From assembly GCA_049322755.1 (NCBI GenBank), contig JBMOQX010000072.1, positions 14,662 to 78,661 on the forward strand: a stretch of DNA of 64,000 nucleotides, read 5' to 3'. Positions 1-8,777 of the stretch are shown piece after piece. The translations under genes and the position numbers were made by a program. Origin of the DNA: Pseudomonadota bacterium (lineage in GTDB: Bacteria > Pseudomonadota > Gammaproteobacteria > Burkholderiales > UBA6910). A model generated the notes under the pieces. That model was not told the DNA's origin. It was given only the letters and a program-made list of their open reading frames with translations, and searched no databases. Within the stretch, counting starts at the first letter, position 1. Each line of letters opens with the position of its first letter.

Positions 1-160
1 GGAAGCCTACGCCGCCGGCGAAAGCTACTTTCCCGACGGGCTCGACGCGCCGCGGTTCTACGCGCCCACCGACCGCGGGCTGGAAGGAAAGATCGGCGAG
101 AAGCTCGCGCACCTGCGCGCGCTGGACGAGGCGGCGCGCAAGAAGCGCCGCCCGTCTTAG
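1..160 (+). CDS. rarA: 3' end of replication-associated recombination protein A (RarA/MgsA-like), partial
   Basis: Frame 2 translates to [52 protein letters not shown], with the stop at 158-160. This resembles the RarA C-terminus as I recall it. rarA-serS adjacency is common. The 5' end lies outside the window. Confidence 0.5.
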   Translation, partial: EAYAAGESYFPDGLDAPRFYAPTDRGLEGKIGEKLAHLRALDEAARKKRRPS

Positions 161-399
161 GCGCGCGTCAGTTCGGGTCGCGTCCTTCCGGCACTTGGTG
201 CCGGCGACGGTCACCTCCGCGATGAGGCCGTTCCTGGTGAGCCGGATGATTTCCAGGTCCTTGCCGAACACCTCGGCGCCGGATTCGCTGCCGCCCTTGC
301 TGCCCATCCGGGCGGACCCCGTCCCGCCGCCGCCGGGATACCAAGCACCGCGCCAACCCGTTAAACTGCCGGGTTTTTGGCGCCAGGCGGCGATCGTAG

Positions 400-1713
<1,314 letters not shown>

Positions 1714-1719
1714 CGCGGC

Positions 1720-3123
1720 TCAGCGTTCGGCGCGCAGGACGGTGACGCCGGGCGCTGCGGCCGTCAGGGGCGGTGCCAGACCCGGCTCGAAGCGCTTCAG
1801 GATGTCGTAATAGATGCGCACGTTCTCGGCGAGCTGCACGGCCTCATTGCCGCGGGCGAAACCGCGCGGCAGCGTGCGATAGTGCTCCGGGCGCGCGATC
1901 AGCGGCAGGCTGCGTTTCACGTCCACCCAGGCATCCGGCGACAGACCCATGCGCTGGGCCAGGATCCGCCCGTCCTCCAGGTGGCCGTAGCCGATGTTGT
2001 ACGCCGCGAGGGCGAGGAAGGTGCGATCCGGCTCGGCGATGCGTGCCGGCAGGGTGTCTTTCAGCAGCAGCAGGTACTGGGCGCCCGCCAGGATGCTCTG
2101 CCGAGGGTCGAGCCGGTCGCTCACTTTGAGCCGGTCCGCCGTGTCCTCCGTCAGCATCATCAACCCCCGCACGCCGGTGGGCGAGGTGGCGAGCGGATCC
2201 CACTGGGACTCCTGGTAGCCGAGCGCCGCCAGCAGGCGCCAGTCGATGCCGGTGAGACGCTCGGCTTCCTGAAACCATGCGCGGTAATTCGGCAGAACGG
2301 TGCGCCGCTTTTTCAGCAGCCCGGCGACGTCCAGCGGGCTCAGGCGATCGACGTGGCCGAAATAGCGATCCAGCAAACGCTTGAGCGTGCCGTCCTTTTC
2401 GATGCGCGCGAAAAACGCCTCGGCCTTGGCGAGCACCTGGGCCTCTCCCGTGCTCGGGAACGCCCAGGCGAGCGGCGCCGGCTCGCCGATCGGGAAGCCG
2501 CGCGCGATGCCGGGATAGAAATTGGTGGCCATGGAGACCAGGTTGGAGCGGGCAACCACGTAGTCGATTTCGCCGTCGGAGAGCTTGCCGAGGAGGTCCA
2601 GCCCATCGTCGGTGCGGATCTCGGCCCACGCCACCGGCGTGCCGTTCACCGCCTGAGCGCGCAGGTTCTCGACCGCACCGCTGCCGGCCACCACCGCCAC
2701 GCGGCGCCCCGCCAGGTCCGCCACGTCGCGCGGCTTGCGCTCGCCGCTGCGGAACGCCACCTCGTAGCGCTCCGCCTGGTACGGCGGGCCGGGCCTGAGG
2801 CCGCGGCGTTCCACCAGGCCGGCCGCGATGCCGGCCGCGCCGAAATGGGCCTGGCGCTGCTCGACCGCCGGGAGCACATCGGCGAGACTGGGCAGCAACA
2901 CGAAGCTGACCGTGAGGCCGTTCTCCTCGGCGAACAGGGTGACCAGGTCATGCTCGAGTCCGATGTAACGGCCGTCGGCGTCCTCGTAGAGGGTGACCGG
3001 GCTGTTGACCGTGGCCACCACCAGCTGGCGGGACGCAAGCGCGTGCGCCAGCGGCGGCGCCTCGTCGGCGCAGCCGGCGAAACCAAACGCTCCGATCAGG
3101 GAAATGAGGATGGGGGGCCGCAT
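1720..3123 (-). CDS. mltF: membrane-bound lytic murein transglycosylase F
   Basis: Solute-binding-protein-like N-domain followed by an SLT domain (GYQESQWDPLATSPTGVRGLMMLT). The ATG at 3123 gives a lipoprotein-like signal (MRPPILISLIGAFGFAGC). The ORF stays open up to 3192. Confidence 0.85.
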   Translation of the reverse strand: MRPPILISLIGAFGFAGCADEAPPLAHALASRQLVVATVNSPVTLYEDADGRYIGLEHDLVTLFAEENGLTVSFVLLPSLADVLPAVEQRQAHFGAAGIAAGLVERRGLRPGPPYQAERYEVAFRSGERKPRDVADLAGRRVAVVAGSGAVENLRAQAVNGTPVAWAEIRTDDGLDLLGKLSDGEIDYVVARSNLVSMATNFYPGIARGFPIGEPAPLAWAFPSTGEAQVLAKAEAFFARIEKDGTLKRLLDRYFGHVDRLSPLDVAGLLKKRRTVLPNYRAWFQEAERLTGIDWRLLAALGYQESQWDPLATSPTGVRGLMMLTEDTADRLKVSDRLDPRQSILAGAQYLLLLKDTLPARIAEPDRTFLALAAYNIGYGHLEDGRILAQRMGLSPDAWVDVKRSLPLIARPEHYRTLPRGFARGNEAVQLAENVRIYYDILKRFEPGLAPPLTAAAPGVTVLRAER

Positions 3124-3214
3124 CGCCGGGCACCGCAGGGCGTCCCCATTGTGCCAGCCCCGCTGCAACCGCCCCAAGGCGCAGCGCAGCATGACCGGGA
3201 CCGGGAGGCGTGGC

Positions 3215-3571
3215 TCAGGCGCGGGTTCCCGCCCTTCGTCGCCGCTCCACCATCGGGGTGACGCTGCGCTGGCGCCGGTCGGCGAGCCCGGCGCGGCGGA
3301 TCAGCTCCATCCAGAACTGGTCGCTGCGCTCCGATTTGAACTGGCGGAACAAGGCCACCTCCTCGGGATAGGCCCCCGGCGACCCCAGGCGTTCCAGATG
3401 CCGTGTCTTCTCGGCGCCGGACTCGCCGCCGTGATCCGACGCCCAGGCCCGGGTGATGGCCTGCCACAGCGCCCGCTCGAAGGGATCGCTGCCTTCGTCG
3501 AACCCGTACTGCCAGTTGAGAAACGACACTTCGGCCGGCGAGAGGTCATCGGTCCTGATGCGGATGCTCAT
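3215..3571 (-). CDS. hypothetical protein (118 aa)
   Basis: Complete ORF with non-repetitive, protein-like composition (MSIRIRTDDLSPAEVSFLNWQYGFDEG...). No family recognised. Confidence 0.55.
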   Translation of the reverse strand: MSIRIRTDDLSPAEVSFLNWQYGFDEGSDPFERALWQAITRAWASDHGGESGAEKTRHLERLGSPGAYPEEVALFRQFKSERSDQFWMELIRRAGLADRRQRSVTPMVERRRRAGTRA

Positions 3572-3710
3572 GGCTTCCAGACTCCGTTGCGGCGCCGGGC
3601 GCGGGGACCGGCAACTCCGCCATTGGTCAAGATGACGTGCCGATCATACCCGAGGCGCGCTTCGGGGCCCAGGGGAGGGCGTTTTCTCGCTTCGCGTCAG
3701 GCGGTTGCGC

Positions 3711-3719
3711 TGGTAAAAT
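3711..3719 (+). promoter_or_regulatory. extended -10 promoter element (tggtaaaat) for the upstream tRNA-Ser copy
   Basis: TGnTAAAAT lies 11 nt upstream of position 1 of the tRNA-like sequence. The same 9-mer is found before the intact tRNA. Confidence 0.5.
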
Positions 3720-3730
3720 GGCGGCCTGCC

Positions 3731-3923
3731 GGAGAGGTACCGAAGCGGTCATAACGGCGCCGACTCGAAATCGGATGGTCGGGTAAAACCGGCACGTGGT
3801 TCGACGAAAACGCACTGCGTTTTCGGACGTCGGCCCTCGGGGCCGACGGTCCCGGAGCCGCTTCGAGCGGCGCAGGGATGGCGGATCGCCTCAAGGCGAG
3901 CCGCCACAATCCCACCCTCTCTG
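3731..3923 (+). pseudogene. tRNA-Ser(CGA) paralogue interrupted in the T-loop by a ~103-nt insert
   Basis: 3731-3799 is identical to nt 1-69 of the tRNA at 3957. The copy continues gtgg-ttcga, then a ~103-nt insert (3805-3907), then aatcccaccctctct (3908-3922). That last stretch is the rest of the T-loop, the T-stem 3' strand and the acceptor 3' strand. No CCA is encoded. Confidence 0.75.
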
Positions 3924-3936
3924 ACCTTTCTTTCGT

Positions 3937-3945
3937 TGGTAAAAT
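3937..3945 (+). promoter_or_regulatory. extended -10 promoter element (tggtaaaat) for tRNA-Ser(CGA)
   Basis: TGnTAAAAT lies 11 nt upstream of tRNA position 1. Confidence 0.5.
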
Positions 3946-3956
3946 ACCGCGCAACC

Positions 3957-4049
3957 GGAGAGGTACCGAAGCGGTCATAACGGCGCCGACTCGAAATCGG
4001 ATGGTCGGGTAAAACCGGCACGTGGGTTCGAATCCCACCCTCTCCGCCA
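3957..4049 (+). tRNA. tRNA-Ser (anticodon CGA)
   Basis: 93-nt cloverleaf folded by hand. Acceptor GGAGAGG/CCTCTCC, anticodon loop CTCGAAA (CGA), long variable arm (type II), T arm GTGGG-TTCGAAT-CCCAC, discriminator G, encoded CCA. Confidence 0.95.
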
Positions 4050-4274
4050 CGACGCGCCTTAACATCTGGATATAAAGAGGTTTTCTCAGAGAATCCAAGC
4101 GCTACCCACAAATCTACCAGCGTTCGGGCGCTGGACGACTTTGGACGAGTCAGCGCGAATCTCGTGGCCCAGACTTTGACAGGAGTGCGCCATGGGCAAG
4201 AGAAAGGTGACCGGAAGTTTCGTGGGCGTGTGAAGAAAGCCTAGACCCGCCCGACCGGCGGGAAGGGGGGAAGC

Positions 4275-4559
4275 ATGCCGGTGGTATTCGCGATTCTGGG
4301 TGCTCTGTTCATCGCCGGCGGCGTGCTGGCGTTCATCACCGCGCGGGCGGTGACTCACGAACTCGCCGGCCTTGTGCTGCTGCTCATCGGCTTCATGCTG
4401 GTGGCGACGGCGGCGATCCTCGCGCGGCTTTGGTCCATCAACAAGACCTTGCGAGCGATCGGCGAGAACGCCTCGATCACGGCCGGAACGTCGAGCTCGG
4501 GCGACTTCGAGGAGCGCAGGACGCGCGAGCTCGCCGAGAAGCTGGCCCGGCGGCCCTGA
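4275..4559 (+). CDS. small membrane protein (94 aa, two predicted TM helices)
   Basis: ORF MPVVFAILGALFIAGGVLAFI...LVLLLIGFMLVATAAIL preceded by the RBS ggaagggggg. Its 5' end is paralogous to the next gene. Confidence 0.55.
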   Translation: MPVVFAILGALFIAGGVLAFITARAVTHELAGLVLLLIGFMLVATAAILARLWSINKTLRAIGENASITAGTSSSGDFEERRTRELAEKLARRP

Positions 4560-4579
4560 TCGGGTTGGAAGGGGGGAGC

Positions 4580-4954
4580 ATGCCCGTCGTGTTTGTCGTT
4601 GCCGGTGCGGTCCTCATCGGGGCGGCGTTGACAATCCTCCCTGATCGAGCGCAAGCGCGTGATCCGTGGCGTCACGTTGGGAAGATCGGGATGATGGACT
4701 TGGTGGTCGTCGACGCGGAGCAGGAGCTCAACAAGGACGTGTATCGCCTCGCCATCGGTAAGGTGTGCGCGGGGCGGGAATTCTGCAAGGTGTTGATCTG
4801 GGCTGACGAGCGCATGGTGCCCAAGACCATGCCAATGACAGACGCACAAGTTCGGGCCTTGCGAGCCAACTGGACCTATAACGGCCGCACCGGCTCCAGG
4901 ACGATGCTCTGGTCCTGCGACATCGATCCTGACCCCTCAAGCTGCTTCAGATGA
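4580..4954 (+). CDS. hypothetical protein with N-terminal TM/signal anchor (124 aa)
   Basis: Internal ATG at 4580 preceded by ggaagggggg-like RBS. N-terminus MPVVFVVAGAVLIGAAL. Cys-containing C-terminal domain. Confidence 0.5.
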   Translation: MPVVFVVAGAVLIGAALTILPDRAQARDPWRHVGKIGMMDLVVVDAEQELNKDVYRLAIGKVCAGREFCKVLIWADERMVPKTMPMTDAQVRALRANWTYNGRTGSRTMLWSCDIDPDPSSCFR

Positions 4955-4968
4955 GGTAGCGCCCCCCC

Positions 4969-5208
4969 TCACGCCGCCTTCTTTTCCTCCCGCGCCGCTG
5001 CCTCGGTCACCAGGCGGTGGAGCTCGAGGAGCGCAGCGCCTTCTTCGTACCGCGGGTGACAACCGTCATTGCACCACCGGCACACCGCCGTCCTGGTCCG
5101 CCCCACGTAGGCCGCTATCCGCTGGACGTTCCAACCGTGACGGCGCAGATCGAGGATCAGGCGGCGCCAGTCAACGGGCTTGTGGGAAGGTCGGGGAATG
5201 GGGGTCAT
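4969..5208 (-). CDS. small putative DNA-binding (HTH-like) protein (79 aa)
   Basis: ATG at 5208. The stretch WNVQRIAAYVGRTRTAVCRW looks like a helix-turn-helix. Last gene of the minus-strand phage-like array. Confidence 0.5.
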   Translation of the reverse strand: MTPIPRPSHKPVDWRRLILDLRRHGWNVQRIAAYVGRTRTAVCRWCNDGCHPRYEEGAALLELHRLVTEAAAREEKKAA

Positions 5209-5246
5209 GGGGTCGCTCTCCTCTCGTGGCCCTCGCGCGCGCGCGT

Positions 5247-5489
5247 TTACTGCCCGAGCAGGCTCTTGCCGGCCTGGGCGCTCGGCAGGCCCGTGACCGG
5301 GCTGCTGGTGTCGCCTGCGCCGCTTCCGGTGGCGAGCAGGCTCATGGTCCCCCGCCGGCGCTTGTTCCTGCTCTGCATCGCCTTGCTGGAGGCCTCGGCG
5401 TCGGCCTTGCTGGTGTCGGCCGCCGGGGTCTGGTAGATCACGGTCGGCGCGGAGCCGCCGCCCAAGAGCTTCTCGATGAATCCGCACAT
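5247..5489 (-). CDS. hypothetical protein (80 aa)
   Basis: Complete ORF in the same-strand array. Low-complexity Ser/Gly/Ala-rich sequence. Confidence 0.35.
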   Translation of the reverse strand: MCGFIEKLLGGGSAPTVIYQTPAADTSKADAEASSKAMQSRNKRRRGTMSLLATGSGAGDTSSPVTGLPSAQAGKSLLGQ

Positions 5490-5509
5490 CGTCTGTCTCC
5501 TTCTGGTGG

Positions 5510-5929
5510 TCAGTCGATCGCCATGACCCAGCCCTGCTCGGTGAGCACGGCCTTGCGCAGTTCGCGGCGCTCCTTCGCCTCCATGGCCTCATCGTAGGTC
5601 ATGGTCGGGCGGGCGTTGACCGCGGCGCTGGCGGGGTAGCCGGGCTGGTGGTACGGCGTCGTGGGCCCGTGGGGCTCCTCCTCGCCGCCGGGGGTCTGGG
5701 GCCGCTTGACCGGACGGCCGCGCAGGCTCGCATCGTAGCCCTTGCGCCGCTTGGGCTCTGAGAGCACCTCGTAGGCGCGATTGACGGCCTTGATCGTCTC
5801 CTCGCCCGCCTTGTCGTCGGGGTGGCGGTCGGGGTGCAGCTGGCTCACCAGGCGGCGGTACGCGGCGGTGATGTCCTGCGCGCTGGCGTCGCGCTCGACC
5901 CCGAGGATATCGTAGTGCGTCGGCGTCAT
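5510..5929 (-). CDS. J-domain (DnaJ-like) protein
   Basis: YDILGVERDASAQDITAAYRRLVSQLHPDRHP carries the HPD motif. Strong RBS GGAGAGGAG before the ATG at 5929. No zinc-finger or C-terminal DnaJ domains. Confidence 0.8.
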   Translation of the reverse strand: MTPTHYDILGVERDASAQDITAAYRRLVSQLHPDRHPDDKAGEETIKAVNRAYEVLSEPKRRKGYDASLRGRPVKRPQTPGGEEEPHGPTTPYHQPGYPASAAVNARPTMTYDEAMEAKERRELRKAVLTEQGWVMAID

Positions 5930-6016
5930 GTCACTCCTCTCCGATGGCACGTTGAAGGTTGGGGGCGCGGCTCGGAATCGGCTCCCCGGGGGTCCACCAG
6001 AACTCCTGGCCGAGCA

Positions 6017-6583
6017 TCAGAAGTCGTCCAGGGAACGGCTGGTGCCGTAGATGCCGAAGTTGGCGCTGCGCAGCTTGTCCGGGTTGGTGCCGCCGGTTTT
6101 CCAGCCGGGGCCGTAGAGGTCGGCACCGGTGGCGAGGAGCGAGGCGCCTGCACCGATGGTGGCGGAGCGCAGCGCGTTGCGTCCGGAGGCGGTGTGGCCC
6201 GCGGCGGCCTGGTCGAGCTTGGCGCCGATCCGGCCCCCCGCGAGGATCTCGGCGAGCGCGTCGAATTCCCCGCGCGTCTCGATGTCCTGCACGATCTTCA
6301 CCGGCGTCCCGGCGTCGCTGGAGACCCCGGAGGCGCCCAGCGCGGCGGTCGCCTGGCCCACCTGCGCGCGCACCTGGCGGCGGATCCGGTCGGCCCGCAC
6401 TTCACCGGCTTCCCGTTCCGCTTGCGCGTCCGCCGCGGCCTGCTGCGCCTGGAAGTTGTGGAAGCGCTTCTGCTGCTGCCCCTGCGAGATGGTGTTGATC
6501 GCCGAGAGGCCGGCGCCGACCGCCGCGATCGTCCCCGCGTTGGCGGCGAAGAAGCTGCCGATGATCTCCAAACCGGTGCACAT
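6017..6583 (-). CDS. hypothetical phage-like protein (188 aa, Gly/Ala/Gln-rich)
   Basis: Complete ORF. An N-terminal hydrophobic segment is followed by a QQ/AA-rich coiled region. It is reminiscent of phage internal/ejection proteins, but that similarity is weak. Confidence 0.5.
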   Translation of the reverse strand: MCTGLEIIGSFFAANAGTIAAVGAGLSAINTISQGQQQKRFHNFQAQQAAADAQAEREAGEVRADRIRRQVRAQVGQATAALGASGVSSDAGTPVKIVQDIETRGEFDALAEILAGGRIGAKLDQAAAGHTASGRNALRSATIGAGASLLATGADLYGPGWKTGGTNPDKLRSANFGIYGTSRSLDDF

Positions 6584-6595
6584 GATCCGCCCCCC

Positions 6596-7399
6596 TCAGG
6601 CCGCTTCCGGCTCGGGCGGCGCCTCGCCGGCGTTCGATGCGTCGAGCTCGGCCGCGTCCTGGTCTGCACCGCGGCGCGCCTGCAGGTCCATCGCCTCGTC
6701 GAGGTCGGCGAGCAGCTGCAGGCCGTCGGCGTGGATCAGCCGACCCAGCGGCTGGGGCATGACGGTCGCCGGCATGCGATCGTAGGGCCACAGCCGCGAG
6801 TCGTGGCGCGCGAAGTGCATCTCGACCAGGTGCCGCACGTGATCGGGCCGCAGCGCCGCGATGGTGGACGAAGGCACCCGCGAGCCGATCATCGGCTGAA
6901 CCTGCTGAGCGATGCGCCAGCACTGCGCGAGGGCTTCGAGCAGCTGGTCGGCCGCGGCCTCGGCCTTCTGGCCCCACGCGCTGCGCTCCTCGATGAGGGC
7001 CTCGATCGCCGCGCGCCGCCGCTCCAGTTCCGAGCGCCGCTCGCGCTCCCGGGCGACGAGGAATTGCTCGCGCGCGCTCTCGAGCGCCAGCGCCATCACG
7101 TCGCGGGCGCTGCGATGGTCGGCGAGCTCGCGCTTCAAGCGCTGCACGCCCTCGTCGCTGTCGGCGCCGAGCGCGCCCAGGACTTCGCGCTTTACCCGCA
7201 CCTCCAAGGCCTTGAGCGCGCCGTCCATGGCCTTGAGCCGCGCCTCCAGCAGCCCCACGCCCTGGCGGATCTCAGCGCTGCTCAACCTGCCCAGCGGCTT
7301 GCGGAAGATCTCGCGCAGCGGGTCGTCGGTCTTGCTCTGCGGCCGCTCCGGAATCTGCACCACGTTGTCCGTCGTCATCTCGCTGTCTCCTTCGCTCAT
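6596..7399 (-). CDS. hypothetical coiled-coil protein (267 aa)
   Basis: Complete ORF. Its ATGA overlap with the upstream gene at 7396-7399 indicates translational coupling. Confidence 0.6.
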   Translation of the reverse strand: MSEGDSEMTTDNVVQIPERPQSKTDDPLREIFRKPLGRLSSAEIRQGVGLLEARLKAMDGALKALEVRVKREVLGALGADSDEGVQRLKRELADHRSARDVMALALESAREQFLVARERERRSELERRRAAIEALIEERSAWGQKAEAAADQLLEALAQCWRIAQQVQPMIGSRVPSSTIAALRPDHVRHLVEMHFARHDSRLWPYDRMPATVMPQPLGRLIHADGLQLLADLDEAMDLQARRGADQDAAELDASNAGEAPPEPEAA

Positions 7400-7599
7400 T
7401 TCATGGGTCTTACGTTGATCGGGACGTTGATGCCCACCATGTCCCGCAGCCGCCGGTTCTGCTCGTCGCGCGGCTCGAAGGCGAGCGGGACCTTCGCCAT
7501 CTGCAGCAGGGTCTTTTCCCGCTTGCGCTTGTCTCCTTTGCCGAGCGGCTCGCCGAGGATCGCCGCGCTCGTCACCAGGTCAACCGGATTGCCGCACAT
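7396..7599 (-). CDS. hypothetical protein (67 aa)
   Basis: Small ORF in the coupled array. Confidence 0.4.
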   Translation of the reverse strand: MCGNPVDLVTSAAILGEPLGKGDKRKREKTLLQMAKVPLAFEPRDEQNRRLRDMVGINVPINVRPMK

Positions 7600-7603
7600 C
7601 GGG

Positions 7604-8248
7604 TCACCTCGCTTTCGAGAACTTCTGGTCCCACGCGCGCGACATGCTTTCGATCAGCCACGCGGAGTTTCCTGCGCCGGTCAGGTCGATCAGCTCGGCG
7701 ATGCGCGGGTCGCGCTGCTCGAGCCGCTCGTACAGCTTCCGGGCCGAGGCCAGGATCGCGCCCGCCTGATCGCCGTGCCGCAGCTCAAGCTCCGCCTGCG
7801 CCGCGAGGCGGGCGTGCTCCAGCGCCTCGTCGTCGGGGAGGCCCTGCCGGACGTTGCGCGCCATCACCTGCACGGCCACGTCGACCACGGCCGCCGGCAC
7901 GCCCTCGGCGTGGAGCGCCTGCGCGATTTCGGCCGAGAGCTCGCGCTCCTGCGGGCTCGGCTCCGGGCCGCTCCGCAGCGCGCTGAAGTCGTAACCGGCC
8001 GGCGTCGCGGGCCGCGCGAGCCACTCCGCGCCCTCCGGCAGCCGCTCCGGGGGTTGTGCGTCGCCGGTCCCTTGCCGCTCGGGGTAGGCAGCCGCGAAGG
8101 CCCTGGTCATCTCACTGACCGCCCGCGCGTCACCGCTCACGTACCGGTCCATGAACTCGGCGTTTTCCCGCAGCGCGACCAGTTGCGTCCTCGCGGCCTC
8201 CGCCGTGCCCGGCTCGCTGCTCTGCTGCTGCTCGTTGTCGCTCATCAT
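7604..8248 (-). CDS. hypothetical protein (214 aa)
   Basis: ATG-ATG at 8248 preceded by GGAGG. The longer 370-aa ORF upstream is Arg/Gly-rich and looks non-coding. Confidence 0.6.
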   Translation of the reverse strand: MMSDNEQQQSSEPGTAEAARTQLVALRENAEFMDRYVSGDARAVSEMTRAFAAAYPERQGTGDAQPPERLPEGAEWLARPATPAGYDFSALRSGPEPSPQERELSAEIAQALHAEGVPAAVVDVAVQVMARNVRQGLPDDEALEHARLAAQAELELRHGDQAGAILASARKLYERLEQRDPRIAELIDLTGAGNSAWLIESMSRAWDQKFSKAR

Positions 8249-8646
8249 GCCTCCCGTGTAAAAACGTCCCGTACCTGCCACGCCAGGCAGCGCGCGAGTT
8301 GCCCCAGCGCGAAGCCCGCCTGCCGCAGCGCTGCGCCCGCGTGACGCCACCAAAGCACCGCCTCCGGCACGATATCGCTCACCTCCACCAGCGGCCAGCG
8401 CGAGCCCTCCTCGCCCGGCCCAGGGGCGACGTAGCGCTGCCGGCCGACGACGCCAATCGCATCCCCGACCCGGCAACCAGCGAGCCGGTGGCGCACCACT
8501 GGATCCGCCGCGAGTAGCCGCACGGTGACGTGCTCGCCGTTCGCGCCGGTGTCCACGCGCAGGGTCGCCAGCACCACATGCCGGCCGTCGCGCCACAGGT
8601 GCGGCTCGGGGGCAGCGCTGATGCAACCGTGCGCGAGGAGGGTCAC
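8245..8646 (-). CDS. hypothetical protein (133 aa)
   Basis: ATGA overlap with the downstream gene at 8245-8248. Confidence 0.5.
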   Translation of the reverse strand: MTLLAHGCISAAPEPHLWRDGRHVVLATLRVDTGANGEHVTVRLLAADPVVRHRLAGCRVGDAIGVVGRQRYVAPGPGEEGSRWPLVEVSDIVPEAVLWWRHAGAALRQAGFALGQLARCLAWQVRDVFTREA

Positions 8647-8777
8647 GGCCGGACCCTCGCCGAGGTGGGGACGGCGCCGGGACGTGGGTGCCGGTGGGGG
8701 TAGCCCTCCAGGTCACCGGATGCGGCCTTTCCGGTCAGGCAGTTGCGGCTCGGATCGGCGGAAAAGGTCTCCGTCAC
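8643..8777 (-). CDS. small coupled ORF (44 aa)
   Basis: The GTG at 8777 overlaps the dnaC-like stop (GTGA). Its own TGA overlaps the next ATG (ATGA at 8643-8646). By my hand count, most of the 44 third codon positions are G/C. Confidence 0.4.
   Translation of the reverse strand: MTETFSADPSRNCLTGKAASGDLEGYPHRHPRPGAVPTSARVRP

Noticed and set aside
168-356. 62-aa minus-strand ORF and 75-aa plus-strand ORF (195-422) in the rarA-serS spacer.
   Set aside because: Both have Arg/Pro-rich compositions without a coding-like codon bias. The frame that does look coding is a different one, reported as a low-interest finding.
3805-3907. The tRNA T-loop insert considered as a group I or group II intron, or as a known small ribozyme.
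   Set aside because: It is about half the size of the smallest bacterial group I introns. No P7/P3-type pairing, G-binding site, domain V or hammerhead core was recognisable by eye. It is kept only as an unexplained structured insert.
5822-8344. 840-aa plus-strand ORF across the phage-like region. Similar giant ORFs lie at 40049-42586 (-), 46575-48767 (-), 48771-52565 (-), 33052-34890 (-) and 26653-28350 (-).
   Set aside because: They are Arg/Gly/Ala/Pro-rich, low-complexity translations lying antisense to genes with clear family motifs (narG, narX, narK, hoxF, mltB and others). These are typical shadow ORFs of a high-GC genome.
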